From positions 1,674,001 through 1,738,000 of the forward strand of contig OZ361257.1 in assembly GCA_977018835.1 (NCBI GenBank): a DNA stretch of 64,000 bases, written 5' to 3'. The notes below the pieces were generated by a model, which saw only the letters and a list, made by a program, of their open reading frames with translations, was not told where the DNA came from and did not search any database. The position numbers and the translations under genes are program-made. How positions within the stretch are numbered: the first letter of the stretch is position 1; every line of letters starts with the position of its first letter. The DNA is from Minutocellus sp. GHC0000111 (lineage: Eukaryota). Of the stretch, positions 11,665 through 22,632 are shown piece by piece.

Positions 11665-11978
11665 TATGATATAGTAGGTTTGGCAGATGATACAAAGAAG
11701 CTTTGAATATCTTTGAGAAGCGTTCATAGTAGTCGTATGCTGCTCTTAAACTTTCGGCTACGGCATCTCTTATTATCGCCTTCGCCCCTTCTTGTCTTGG
11801 TCATCAGATCGCCGGTGCTCCGTCATGGCGCATGGCGACGGACGGACGAGCGAATGCAACAATTGCAATTCAAAAACAGCACGTGATGTGTTCAAATACT
11901 TCTTGTGAGACGCAAGTTAACTCAAGTTAAGGGATGCTAAAGCGTGCATCCACACCACCATCTAGCACATTGATCAAA

Positions 11979-14764
11979 ATGATACCATCGCTGATATTGG
12001 GTCTGTTGGCGTATGCCGTGCTGGTTGTCGCAGATGCATCGCCGCCACAAGCGGGAACCACCGGCGGTACCGGTATCTTGACAACTCCACGGTTGCGCTT
12101 CTCCCCTCCGACGTCAAGGAGACGGAGAGCTAGCCCACTACAAGTGTTACTTTCTACATCTCGAAAAAACCAGCGGCAAACACGGAGGTGATGATCACAG
12201 TATCGATTGCGAATTCGTCAACTCAAGGGCCATTCAATTTGCAGGCGCCAAGAAGACTACCACCAGACCAAGCAACGATGAGGTTGCGTCTGCCAATGGA
12301 TCGGGATCGGGATTCTGGCCGCCATGGCCCTTCAATCATCTCAAGAGTGGTGGCAGGCCTGCAGACGAAACGGAAGAAGAGGCTGGCCATGGCTCTGGTG
12401 GTGGTCTGGATTACAAGAAGGATGCAAAACTGTTCTGGAGATACATCAGCCATCGTGCCCGGGTCGGCGCACGTCAGATCCAGCAGCGTGAGTTTATCAT
12501 TAAGAACTCTCATTTTGGTTATGAATATATTTTGGAAAAGAATTCCGAGGCGCTCACTTTATGCCCCATTGTTTTACAAATCCACAGTCAGTTCCGATCT
12601 ATCATTTCATTTGCCTCCTGCGGCGCCACCGCTGCTTCTCATTGCCCTCCTGCCGTCTCGGCAGGCCGCATCGGACGCTGTGGCCAAGGCTTCTGGTGCC
12701 ATTGTCCGCAAAAGTTCCTTTGCTCGTCGAGTATCGTTAACTTCTCTCGGTGTTGCTATCGTGAGTTGGGCGCATTATGAAATTCGACAGCAGAAGCGGC
12801 TGGTGCCACTGCCGTTGCGGGAGGAATATCGTGACTACAAGAAGGCTTTGCTACCACCGTTCCTACCCGAAGCGTTACCGCCATTGGAAGATTCCGGTGG
12901 GGGGTTAGCAGCAGCCGACGAAAAAATGGAAGCTGCCGAAACAGATGAAGAGATTGCACAGCGACGGGTCAAGCTACGAAAAGAGATGGGCTCCGACGAT
13001 GCCTTGCTCAGCGATGATGTACGTTCGCGGATAAAGCGAGACCTGGAGTATTTGTATCGCGCTGCGCCGAAACCAGACACGGTCGTGCCAACCCTGCAGG
13101 AACTGCTGAAGAAACGAATGGCTCGGGCACGGAGAGAAGAGGACATTCGTCGCAAGACGGTAGTGGAAGAGTTGTTAGCACTACAAGCATTGAAAAAGAT
13201 ATCACGAAAGAAGAATGGCGGTACCAACCAAAATGCCGACAAAAATAAAGCGCCTTTGGGTTACGCATTGGTAACAGGTGCATCGAGAGGGATCGGTAGA
13301 GCATTGGCCGTGGAGCTCGCCAGATATGAAATACCGTTGATTCTTGTTGCGAGAAATATGGGGAAGCTCAAAGTGCTGGCCGACGAACTTGTAAGCTGCT
13401 ATGGCGTTCCGTGTTGTGTTTTGCAGGCGGATTTTTCGCAACCAGATGCCGCGGCAAAAGTTTACCGGGCGACAAAAGATACAGGGCTAAAAGTTGATAT
13501 ACTTGTCAATAATGCGGGCATTTGCACGCATGGGGAACACGTTGACACACCATTGGAAGATATCGAGCAAATGGTGCAAATCAATGCCGGATCTGTGGCT
13601 ACGCTGAGTCATTTGTATGGAAAGGATATGAAGAAACAGAGGAGAGGGAGAATACTTTTCGTCTCTAGTGTCGTTGGTGCCGTGAACGCAGGCCCAAGAG
13701 TTGCAACCTATGCAGCGACTAAAGCTTTCGAGAAATCCTTGTCACTTTCTATTGGGAAAGAGCTGGAACAGTATGGATGTGGTGTGACTTGTTTGATGCC
13801 TGGTGCGGTAAAAGGAACAGCATTCAAGTCTTCGAGCAACACTGATGATGCCCTTTGTTGGAAGATTCCATTTTACCCGGCAATCGCTCAGGACGTGGCG
13901 CATCGTGGAGTCTGTGCAATGCTTGAAGGTGACCCTGAAGTGTGCCCAGGACTTTTGAATAAGATATTTCTTCGAGTGCTTACTCCTATGCTTCCCCAGC
14001 GCCTCACAACTCTCATCGTTGAGACTGCTTGGAACCCGCTCCGACTTCCCTGGAAGCAACCGCCGCCGCGTGAGAGTACTGTGGTAGAGGAGAAAGCCGC
14101 ACCATCAAAAACAGCATCATCCCGCCCATTTGCATCATTCTGGGAGCCATCGAGTGAACGACCGCGAGTGTTGACAACCCCGTCCGAGAAGCAACCTTCA
14201 AAACCTTTGGCAAATGAAGTAGATGACGACACATTTGAGGCCGACGATAATTATTTCGAAATTCTTGGAGTCGGTGATGAAGAAAAGGCAGTGATGAAAG
14301 ACGATGTAACTTCTGCAACTGAAGACAATGGCACCGCCGCAGAGAAGCAAGTAAATACGGGTGAAATGATAAGGGACTCACAGGCGGGTGACGAGACACC
14401 AGTAGAAAAGGAGAAATCGGAAGCTTTGCCATCTGGCGACCCGATGGTTGGAGTTCTCGCCGGAGAAATCGAGGCTGGCCTTGTCGATGTTATTCCTCCG
14501 CCAGCAGAAGATCGGACAACGGAAGGTGTAAATACAGAAACATATGAGACACCGGGGCTTGAATCAGATGAGTGTGTCGAAGAAAAGAGTGAGATAAGCG
14601 CTCTGGCAGATGATATTGAGGCAGAAGTGATGAAGCTGGTTCCGGTCCCGAAAGAAGATGAGCCGGCAGATTCACCGACGCCACCAGACGATAAGGAGAG
14701 AAGTGAAAGCCCAAAGAGCGTTATCCAAGAAAGGGATTTAGATCTGCTACTTCACGTTGATTAA
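11979..14764 (+). CDS. Short-chain dehydrogenase/reductase with signal peptide and long extensions
   Basis: TGASRGIG, LVNNAG and YAATK motifs. Signal peptide MIPSLILGLLAYAVLVVADA. One frameshift at A6 (12164-12169) and intron 12488-12587 (GTGAGT...CACAG) give a continuous reading through FWPPWPFN...IQQ-L-SSDLSFHLPP. Confidence 0.85.
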
Positions 14765-14792
14765 AGTGTCTAGTTTACCGTCAAAGGTACTC

Positions 14793-16862
14793 TCACTCAT
14801 CGTAGTAGCTAAAAGAATTGCGTTGCCACCACTTGGCCTTGTAGATATCAGATCCAGCAAGCGTCCGTGTTCCTGACTGGAGAGAATAGATGTTGGAGTT
14901 GCTACGAGCCAAAATCACCTCTCCCGTCTCCTCATTATAGCTCAACCCCTTTGGATTAGAGTATATCCCATCATCTTCCTCTGCCCATTGCTCGACTGAA
15001 AAGATGTGGCTCTCGGTATCAAAACGAAGGATTCCAGATTTGCCGGCGAGGAGGAGATGGCGTTGACCATCTTGAGTTACTACCGGTGAACTACCATGAC
15101 CTGTCCCGACGTAAAAGTCGGCGATGTCAGGGATGAAGGTATTCTTCATAACAAGCCGAGGCTCACCAGATTCATCATCGAGCACGATCCGATAAGATAC
15201 AAGCCCAGCACTTCCAGCACCCCACGCCCATAGCAAGTCCTGCTTTCCGTCCCACTGCAAAGAATGAACGCCTTTGTGTTCCACTGTAGAGCCATCAATA
15301 CACATATCATTGCTCCTTCCGTTGATATCATAAAGCTCAATCATCGAACCATTCCCTCTGGCGTCAGCAACGGCAAAGTATCCACCCATCAGTGGGATAT
15401 ATTCAACATCGTGAGGGTTGTCTCCACAAGTAGAACTATAGTAAATGAGCTCTGTCGACTCGAAATCATAGAGAGCTACAACATTCCCGCCGTTACCAGC
15501 GACTGCAATATGAACTCGACTATTGTGTATGATTCTGCGGACATCGTTGATTGAATTATCACCTCGCCAAAGCTCTGCAGGATGAAGGTGCACGGCCCAG
15601 AGAGAATCTGACTTGTCAAATGATTTGACGGCATTTCTTCCAACCGGAACCTCGCCGCCAAACATATAAAGTGTATTAGTTACACGGTCAGGGATGAGCA
15701 GCGAGCCATAGAGATGGTGATCTTCATGGCAGCATGTATCTCTGCAGTCGTCTTTGCATTGGCTCACATCCAAATCCTCTCCGCTAGAACAATTTTCGTT
15801 GAAACAAGTCTCTCTACAAATCTTTTCTTCAGATGAAGAGCAAGATCGGCGATCTCCCTTTGAAGATGCATCTCTACAGCACTCGAATCGGCATACTCTG
15901 TGACAAGAAGAGCGGCGGTCTGATCCACAGTTACTATCAACGTAGCACATATCGCGGCATGAAATCTCTTCGACAGTATTGCAAGTGTTCTTTGGGGCGG
16001 TAGTGGGTCGAGGGCTCGGGGGGCCCGTTGGAACAGTCACTGGACCACCTGCCCTAAGGGATATAGTCATCGCAATATCGTCGCCACCACCCTTCTCGTC
16101 TCGTCTTCCTTGAGCTCTGATGGAGCCCGTGTCACCATTAGAACCTGCGGGTGCAATGGCAATAGCTATCCCATCACCACCAGGGTCGGTCGAGAGGAGC
16201 ATCTCAAAGTTATCATCTTTTACTGTAGCAACATGAGGATCATCAAAAATGAAACAAGCAAGAACAGCACCACCTTTCTCTGCTCGTACGCCCGGTGCCT
16301 TGGCATTTCCTTCTCTTCCGTCGTCTGTATCCTCGTCAGCATCTGCATCGACAATCGGCTTTCTACCATCTATGCCTCTCAAGGCAACAATGCTCACGAA
16401 CGTATTCTTCCCATCATCTATTTTCCAGTCATCTCGAGTAATCTGAGACGAATTGTAGAGATACTCGCTGTTGGTTGTATTGAAGCTAGCATAGCCAGCG
16501 TCATCGAAGGTAAATTCCTCAAACGAATCTGAGAGCTCATATGTCTTCCAAAAGGCTTTGAGATTGAGATCCTCTTTGCCGATGTCGAGAATTTCTTCCC
16601 ACCCTTTGCCAGGATCGCTTGGAATCTTTTTGCCAGAGGCACTACCGGCGACATAAATTATGAGGATGTCACCAGGCTCGGCGTCTTTTGGAGCTCGTAT
16701 CTTTGCCGAGTTGCTGTCCTTGGCGGATTCAAATGTTAGCCCAACAACACGCACGTCCTTGTTGACTCGTAGAGGTTCAGCCTGGATGAAAGTAGCCGAG
16801 ACAAAGGTTGCCGCGCCAAGCAATAGTGTGAGGCATCGAACGAGTATACTGGAAGATACCAT
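14793..16862 (-). CDS. Secreted multidomain protein: N-terminal beta-rich domain, Pro/Thr linker, Cys-rich repeats, C-terminal beta-propeller (DUF6528-like)
   Basis: Signal peptide MVSSSILVRCLTLLLGAATFVSA. PTGPPSPRPTTAP linker and CxxxC repeats. NPHDVEYIP, GVHSLQWD...LLWAWG and IYKAKWW motifs. Confidence 0.7.
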   Translation of the reverse strand: MVSSSILVRCLTLLLGAATFVSATFIQAEPLRVNKDVRVVGLTFESAKDSNSAKIRAPKDAEPGDILIIYVAGSASGKKIPSDPGKGWEEILDIGKEDLNLKAFWKTYELSDSFEEFTFDDAGYASFNTTNSEYLYNSSQITRDDWKIDDGKNTFVSIVALRGIDGRKPIVDADADEDTDDGREGNAKAPGVRAEKGGAVLACFIFDDPHVATVKDDNFEMLLSTDPGGDGIAIAIAPAGSNGDTGSIRAQGRRDEKGGGDDIAMTISLRAGGPVTVPTGPPSPRPTTAPKNTCNTVEEISCRDMCYVDSNCGSDRRSSCHRVCRFECCRDASSKGDRRSCSSSEEKICRETCFNENCSSGEDLDVSQCKDDCRDTCCHEDHHLYGSLLIPDRVTNTLYMFGGEVPVGRNAVKSFDKSDSLWAVHLHPAELWRGDNSINDVRRIIHNSRVHIAVAGNGGNVVALYDFESTELIYYSSTCGDNPHDVEYIPLMGGYFAVADARGNGSMIELYDINGRSNDMCIDGSTVEHKGVHSLQWDGKQDLLWAWGAGSAGLVSYRIVLDDESGEPRLVMKNTFIPDIADFYVGTGHGSSPVVTQDGQRHLLLAGKSGILRFDTESHIFSVEQWAEEDDGIYSNPKGLSYNEETGEVILARSNSNIYSLQSGTRTLAGSDIYKAKWWQRNSFSYYDE

Positions 16863-17373
16863 GCTTGATGAAAGGGCGTTGCTGTTTGAATAAGTGTTGC
16901 AAACAGTACAGGAGCAGTCTTTTGGTTCAGCAGATTGTTGGAAAAGTGACCTCATCTGCAACACATTTTTGTGAAAGCCAGCCAAAGAGGCCGACCCAAA
17001 GTTCGAAAGTAGCACTCAGGTTTGCCTTTGCGCCGCGCAGCGCAAGCTTTCCCATGTCCACGCAACTAATTCGAATGATCCGAAAGCGAATTTATTTTCA
17101 TCGCAAAAGGATTTATCCGGGAAGTTTCTGCACAAATTTGCAGTGTTATGCTAGGCCAATTTGCGTCGCTTCGATCCCTTGTTGCAGCTCTCGCGGGCCG
17201 GCTCGCGAAGGATTTTGGTGCGAAGTTTGTGTCATCTGGCATTCTGGCATCATCTCGTTTCCCTCTTGGAGCTTTCAGTTCGGTTTGAGAGCAAAATGAT
17301 CGTAGAGCTGGAAAAATAAATATGATGAATGCGCATGATTTCATCAATTAAGATGAATGGCAGCACGTCTTAT

Positions 17374-17401
17374 CTGTTAGGGTTAGGGTTAACCCTAACA
17401 G
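17374..17401. repeat. Head-to-head telomere-like (TTAGGG/CCCTAA) palindrome
   Basis: CTGTTAGGGTTAGGGTTAACCCTAACAG. Positions 17382-17399 form a perfect 18-bp palindrome. Confidence 0.85.
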
Positions 17402-17485
17402 CCAGCTGCTTGCTTGTGGTGGTTGGCGCCACAGGCTATGAGCCCAAAACTCGCGCAGGTCAAGTTCAGCCTCAATATTTCCACC

Positions 17486-18643
17486 ATGGCGACCAGAGGC
17501 GTTATCAGCGCCGGACGACGCATACTGGGCGCTCACCCAAGCCGCAGGATTATACCTACCTATGTTGAATTACGCTCATCACCAGCATATCACATATCAT
17601 GCTCACTTTTCCAGCACGACGTGTCGACTGGACATCAGCGGCGCCTACTTTCGTCAGGCGGGCGCGACAAGTCAGTCGATGGCAAGTCTCAGCATGCGCT
17701 ATTTGAAGAGCAGATGAGAGAACTACAAGCTGAAAGAGACGTTATGTTTGGAGCAAGTGGTGGTAATGATCAGCCTGGCACTGATGGTAGCCGGCCGCCG
17801 ATGGAAATGTATGAGCCAGGTAGCAGCACGAGCAAATCGGAAATGAACGCCTCTTCTTCTGGAACAGATCCCTCTGTCGACGATGAGAGGGAAAAGATGT
17901 GGGAAACTCGAGCCAAGGTATATGGATTTACGTCGGAAGACTATGCGGGATGGTCTAATGCCGGTGTCAATCATACGCACGATGAATCCTTTATGGCCAA
18001 GGTACAGGCGGCACGAGAGGAGCAGGAGCGGATGACTGTGGATGACTATACCAAAACGAAGAAGTCCAAATCCAAAAAATCGAGAAAGATCCCGATATCA
18101 ACAAAGAATGAGAACAATGAGACCTTCACACACTTGTCGCCCTCGGGCGAGTCGGTATCCATGGTCGATGTCGGTGCCAAGGCGGTGACAACCCGTGTGG
18201 CCAAGGCTCGAACTCATGTGCTATTCCCACCCGAAGTTGTGGAAGCCTTCCGCTCTCACGATGGCAGTGCCAACGAAATGGTTGGTCCCAAGGGACCGAT
18301 ATTTTCTACCGCCAAGATTGCCGGCATCATGGCCGCCAAGAGGACTTCTGATCTCATACCGCTATGCCATCCACTTCCACTGGACAAGGTTGATATTAAA
18401 ATACGGTTGGAGGGAGATAATGGCAACAAAGCTGTTGTAGAGTGTGAATGCCGAGTAACGCACAAGACTGGAGTGGAGATGGAGGCTTTGACAGGTGCTA
18501 CTGTCGCTGCACTTACCATCTATGATATGTGCAAGGCTGTAAGCCATAACATTGAGATCGGTAACACCATGCTAATTGAAAAGACAGGTGGTAAGAGGAC
18601 CGTCAAGGAGCAGAAGTTGGTTGCCGATAAAAAGAGTCTTTAA
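17486..18643 (+). CDS. moaC: Cyclic pyranopterin monophosphate synthase (MoaC/CNX3-like), molybdenum cofactor biosynthesis
   Basis: FTHL...SMVDVGAK, AKIAGIMAAKRT, LIPLCHPL, TGVEMEALT and YDMCKA motifs. Mitochondrial-type N-terminus MATRGVISAGRRIL. Confidence 0.95.
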   Translation: MATRGVISAGRRILGAHPSRRIIPTYVELRSSPAYHISCSLFQHDVSTGHQRRLLSSGGRDKSVDGKSQHALFEEQMRELQAERDVMFGASGGNDQPGTDGSRPPMEMYEPGSSTSKSEMNASSSGTDPSVDDEREKMWETRAKVYGFTSEDYAGWSNAGVNHTHDESFMAKVQAAREEQERMTVDDYTKTKKSKSKKSRKIPISTKNENNETFTHLSPSGESVSMVDVGAKAVTTRVAKARTHVLFPPEVVEAFRSHDGSANEMVGPKGPIFSTAKIAGIMAAKRTSDLIPLCHPLPLDKVDIKIRLEGDNGNKAVVECECRVTHKTGVEMEALTGATVAALTIYDMCKAVSHNIEIGNTMLIEKTGGKRTVKEQKLVADKKSL

Positions 18644-19031
18644 AGTACCTTTTTAATAGCATCATATATTCAACTTGTCATTGCAATATTTGTGCTATCT
18701 TCTGAACTTTTGAGCTAATCGTGAGGGACTGCTGACTTGGGGGTGTGAGTACCGTACTCGGGTGTTGGGAGACAGCTCGCCGGAGGCAACGTCCGTAGGC
18801 CTACATAAGTACTCATGTACGTACGTAGGGCGAGGCGCAAAAGGACTTTCTGCGAGTGAGTCGAGTCGAGTCTGCCGATGACCACACAGCCACACAGAGT
18901 CAGAGCAGCTTCTTCCACTGAGCATCTCCTCCTCCTCCTTCATGCAGTATTTGATTCAAATAGACCGAAAGATTGGATTGAAACGCCAATGACCACTCGC
19001 TTTCTACCAAGGATGATTCGTGTGAAATATA

Positions 19032-19123
19032 AATCGAATCGAATAAAATCCTCACTTTTCCAACGTGCTCGAAAACTGAATCGAATTGAAGAAAATCCTC
19101 ACTTTTCCAACTTGCTCGAAAAC
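19032..19123. repeat. Imperfect direct duplication (45-bp units, period 47)
   Basis: AATCGAAT(C/T)GAA(T/G)AAAATCCTCACTTTTCCAAC(G/T)TGCTCGAAAAC at 19032 and 19079, with 3 mismatches. Confidence 0.9.
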
Positions 19124-19193
19124 AAACGTCGTACATACTACTTTCTACTTTTCCCATCGCCGATTGAGCGAAACAAAAGAACCATCCTTTACT

Positions 19194-19850
19194 ATGCATA
19201 TCTCTTCGTCCTTCTTCGCCGTTGTCTTCAATTTCTGCGTTCTTTCACCCTTCATCAGAGCACAAAGTTGCGCTACTAACTGCTCCGATGTCGTAGGCAC
19301 TCCTGGTCTTGACAGCAGCCTTTATTGTAGCCCAACAGCTATAGGTGAGGAAATTTGTCCTCCGGGAATGGGGGCGTGCTTTGATCTCAAACCCGCTGGA
19401 TGTGGTTCTTGCCTCGGAATAAGTGCCTGCCTCGGCACAATGGTCGTTGGGAACAATACCTGCACGGGCGACGAAGCTTGCTATGGCGCAAACAACGCCG
19501 ACATCGGAAATGATTCCTGCAATGCCGGTTGGGGCAGATCCTGCAAGGAGCTTGAGTATGCTACAGTCGAGGATGAAGCCTGCATTTGGGCAAACGCTTG
19601 CGCATTTTCTGGGCATGTTCATATCAAGAAAAGAGCGTGCAAAGGAAAGAAATCTTGTTTCCGTGTTGGGCACAAAGTGGTGCTTGGCCAAGGCCCTATC
19701 GCAACGACAATTGTGCCTATTACAATTGGAGAGAATGCCTGCAGAGGCAAGCGAGCATGCTGCGGAATTCAGGAGAATGTTCCTGACAATGGTTGCAATG
19801 GCGATTTCGCTTGCTGCAATTCAGCTGCTGCCGGTTGTACCTGCCAGTAA
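19194..19850 (+). CDS. Small secreted cysteine-rich repeat protein
   Basis: Signal peptide MHISSSFFAVVFNFCVLSPFIRA. Repeated (V/I)xxx(S/A/T)CxGxx(A/S)C units. Confidence 0.75.
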   Translation: MHISSSFFAVVFNFCVLSPFIRAQSCATNCSDVVGTPGLDSSLYCSPTAIGEEICPPGMGACFDLKPAGCGSCLGISACLGTMVVGNNTCTGDEACYGANNADIGNDSCNAGWGRSCKELEYATVEDEACIWANACAFSGHVHIKKRACKGKKSCFRVGHKVVLGQGPIATTIVPITIGENACRGKRACCGIQENVPDNGCNGDFACCNSAAAGCTCQ

Positions 19851-20090
19851 AAAATACAATGTGTATCATTTTTAGATTACAGAAGATTATTCGAGAGCAA
19901 GAAGCAAGTTATGTTCTAATAAATTAATTTCCCGAGGTTTTCGAAGTGGAAAATGGCGACAATGTTTTCATATGTAGGCAAAGGCCATAATGTGTAGGCG
20001 CCATACAATGAAATTAAAAGGCAATATAGATGTATCTTCCCTTTCTTTGCCGTTGACCCTAAACTAATCTTGCATTGAGCTCAGAACAAT

Positions 20091-21287
20091 CTACTTGCTC
20101 GTTGGCTTCGGAGCCGCACCAACAGCGTCCTCCTCGCCGCGTTTGCCCAATCGGCCCTCTTTGCCAGAGTCAAGCTGCTCGTACGTTTGGCCCATTGCTA
20201 GCTTCTCTGGTTGTTGCGTTTCTCCAGGAAGGAGCTGCTGCATCGCTGAGTAGGTTGCCATCAATACCTCGTTCGATGGAATGCCTTCCGTATCAGGTCG
20301 CATTCTAGCCAATGCTGGTCCAATACTTTTCGCAGGCGGATATCCCGCCAACGAAAATGCCTCAAACGTCTTCCCTGTAGCCTCTTCAGTCGTCAGACAA
20401 TCGACCAATATCGTCGCCACATCCGTTCGATTGATTCTACCCACGGCCACATCGCCCTGCGAGAACACCGGCCGGCTACCCGCGGGGTGTTTATCATTGA
20501 GCCCGCTCGGTCGGTAGATGCAGTACGGGGTTCCGCTTTGCCGCAACTTATCTTCTGATTCAGCCTTGATGTTCAAGATATTGAATGGATTGAGGCGAAC
20601 GATGGGGATATCGGCCGCACCGACAAACATCTCCTTCTTCTCGTCATCCCACGATGGTCGGGTCACACCTGCCGAACTGCACATCACGACCTTGGGAAAA
20701 CTGATTCCACTTCCATTAACAGACACAGAAGAAGCAAATGCCTCCGCCAGAGCGACAATTCCAACTGCATCGATTCTTTTCTTGGGGGTCAATGCGACAC
20801 CAAATATATTTTTGATCCGATCGATAATGCTGGATGGTCCATCACTAAAACCCGTGGCGCACCATATGGCTGCATCTGTCTTGGCAACGGCCTGCTTGAT
20901 GTCATTCTCGTCACTGAGATCGCATTTGATCACCTTCAAATTGGGGCTGGATGTGGGCAAGGTCTCCTCGGCCTTGTCGAGGTTGCGGACCAAACAACGG
21001 ACCGAAACTCCTCGCTTCAAAAGTTCTTGGACAACCAGCGAGCCGGTGCGGCCGGTAGCGCCAGCGACTGCCACCGTTTGTACCACGTCGGAGAGTTTGA
21101 TTGGTTCCGGTTCGGTTTCATCATCGGCGGGAGTGGAAAACAGCAGTGTGTTTGCAGTTGAGATGGCAGATTGGTGATGGGTCGCTACTGGCGCTACTTG
21201 TGCTACTGGCGGCGCGAAGGAATGAGCACATCTTGTGCTGCAGGCCAGATACACGGCCAAAGCGACCAAAACACGCGTGGTGATCAT
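20091..21287 (-). CDS. Plastid-targeted NAD(P)-binding Rossmann protein (Tic62/NmrA-like atypical SDR)
   Basis: Bipartite presequence MITTRVLVALAVYLACSTRCAHS-FAPP. VAVAGATGRTG, SSAGVTRP, YCIYRPSGL and GRINRTDVA motifs. Confidence 0.88.
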   Translation of the reverse strand: MITTRVLVALAVYLACSTRCAHSFAPPVAQVAPVATHHQSAISTANTLLFSTPADDETEPEPIKLSDVVQTVAVAGATGRTGSLVVQELLKRGVSVRCLVRNLDKAEETLPTSSPNLKVIKCDLSDENDIKQAVAKTDAAIWCATGFSDGPSSIIDRIKNIFGVALTPKKRIDAVGIVALAEAFASSVSVNGSGISFPKVVMCSSAGVTRPSWDDEKKEMFVGAADIPIVRLNPFNILNIKAESEDKLRQSGTPYCIYRPSGLNDKHPAGSRPVFSQGDVAVGRINRTDVATILVDCLTTEEATGKTFEAFSLAGYPPAKSIGPALARMRPDTEGIPSNEVLMATYSAMQQLLPGETQQPEKLAMGQTYEQLDSGKEGRLGKRGEEDAVGAAPKPTSK

Positions 21288-21567
21288 AATGCTTTCGTTG
21301 ATCGATTGAGGGTGTTCCTTCAATGCAATAATGCCCTGACTGGTGACTGTGGTCGACGTCGTCCTTTCCCATCGTGTAAGCCGCTCTGCGCGCCATGTGG
21401 TGCTGCTGCTGCTGCTCTGCTGCTGCGCTGAGGTGGTGCTTCCGGGGTACAATGGTGGTACCGCGCGCGGCCGGCCCATTGAACCTCTGATGTCGGCGTC
21501 ATATGTTGACTGGGCACAGGCCTCCACTAAATTGAACCATACTTGTCGCTGCAGCGAGGCAAACAGC

Positions 21568-22554
21568 ATGCGTCGCTCTTTGTACCTAACATCGTATCTT
21601 GCCACAGTAGGCGGCGTCGGTGCCGTCCGAGAGGCGCAGTTCTCTTGTCCCAATCCCGACGCCAGCGGCGGTTCAGGCGCTGATGCCGAGGGGTCCTGTG
21701 TTGCCACGACGGCAGAGACGGCTACATCAAGCGAAGAAATAAATAACAATATCAGTGGTATGAGCCAGCCCCTCAGTTCAGCTACGCCACCCTCGTCCAA
21801 ATTCAAAAGTGAACGGATGCAGCAATTCTCACACGCGGTGGACGACGAGGCCACCCTCCTCGACCTTTTCGGCGAAGCCGCCAAGGAACTCCTCACCAAG
21901 CACGTCATACCCCCGACCGACGCCCAATGTCGATGGGATTGGCGTCATCTGCGCTGCGAGCCCTATTGCGATTGCGCTTTTTCGCCGCTGTATGGTGACT
22001 ACTCGTTGGGCCGGGCGTGTCGGATGCGGTACGAATACTTCGAGGGGAGGGACACGTGTCACCTGCCGCCCAACACTCCGTACGTCAAGGCATTTGCCGG
22101 TGTGGCGCATGGGCTGCAAGTGGCCACGACCAAGACTGCACGGTTGGTTCAGAATGTGGCAAGGAGAGCCGATATAAAACGCCGGTTGATCAATGTGAGG
22201 CGGAGGGCTTGCACATCGTGGGAGGATAGGGCATCACTAAATAACGACAGTATGAAGCGATGGCAAGCCAGAATATGTCGAGGCTATGATTGGAATGAGG
22301 AGATTAACGAGGATGCCGATCAGTATAACTCGGACGAGGAAGAAGAAAGAGCTGACGCCGAGGCCGCAGACATCGCCGCCAAGATTGCCAACGCCAAGAA
22401 CGGACTGAGCAGCGTGCAAGATGTGAAGGAAGCTGTACAGACAAGGAAAGAGAAGGAGGCTATGGGAAGTCGAATGGAAGAGGATGACGACTCGAGCTTA
22501 GATGAGGAAAAGAAACAAGCCGTGAGAGAGGAAGTGCCCTTGGAGACCTCGTAA
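21568..22554 (+). CDS. Putative secreted protein with a Cys-rich motif, unknown function
   Basis: Signal-like N-terminus, CRWDWRHLRCEPYCDC...GDYSLGRACR motif, acidic C-terminus and strong codon bias. Confidence 0.65.
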   Translation: MRRSLYLTSYLATVGGVGAVREAQFSCPNPDASGGSGADAEGSCVATTAETATSSEEINNNISGMSQPLSSATPPSSKFKSERMQQFSHAVDDEATLLDLFGEAAKELLTKHVIPPTDAQCRWDWRHLRCEPYCDCAFSPLYGDYSLGRACRMRYEYFEGRDTCHLPPNTPYVKAFAGVAHGLQVATTKTARLVQNVARRADIKRRLINVRRRACTSWEDRASLNNDSMKRWQARICRGYDWNEEINEDADQYNSDEEEERADAEAADIAAKIANAKNGLSSVQDVKEAVQTRKEKEAMGSRMEEDDDSSLDEEKKQAVREEVPLETS

Positions 22555-22632
22555 AAGAACTGTTCAGAATAGGGATTGGTATTAAATGTTTTACATACAA
22601 GGTTGATCTGCCAAATAAACCGAATACGATTG

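Noticed and set aside
21288..21908. Long overlap of ORFs 20091-21908 (-) and 21343-22554 (+) as overlapping genes
   Set aside because: Both have better downstream ATGs followed by signal peptides (21287 and 21568), giving an ordinary divergent pair.
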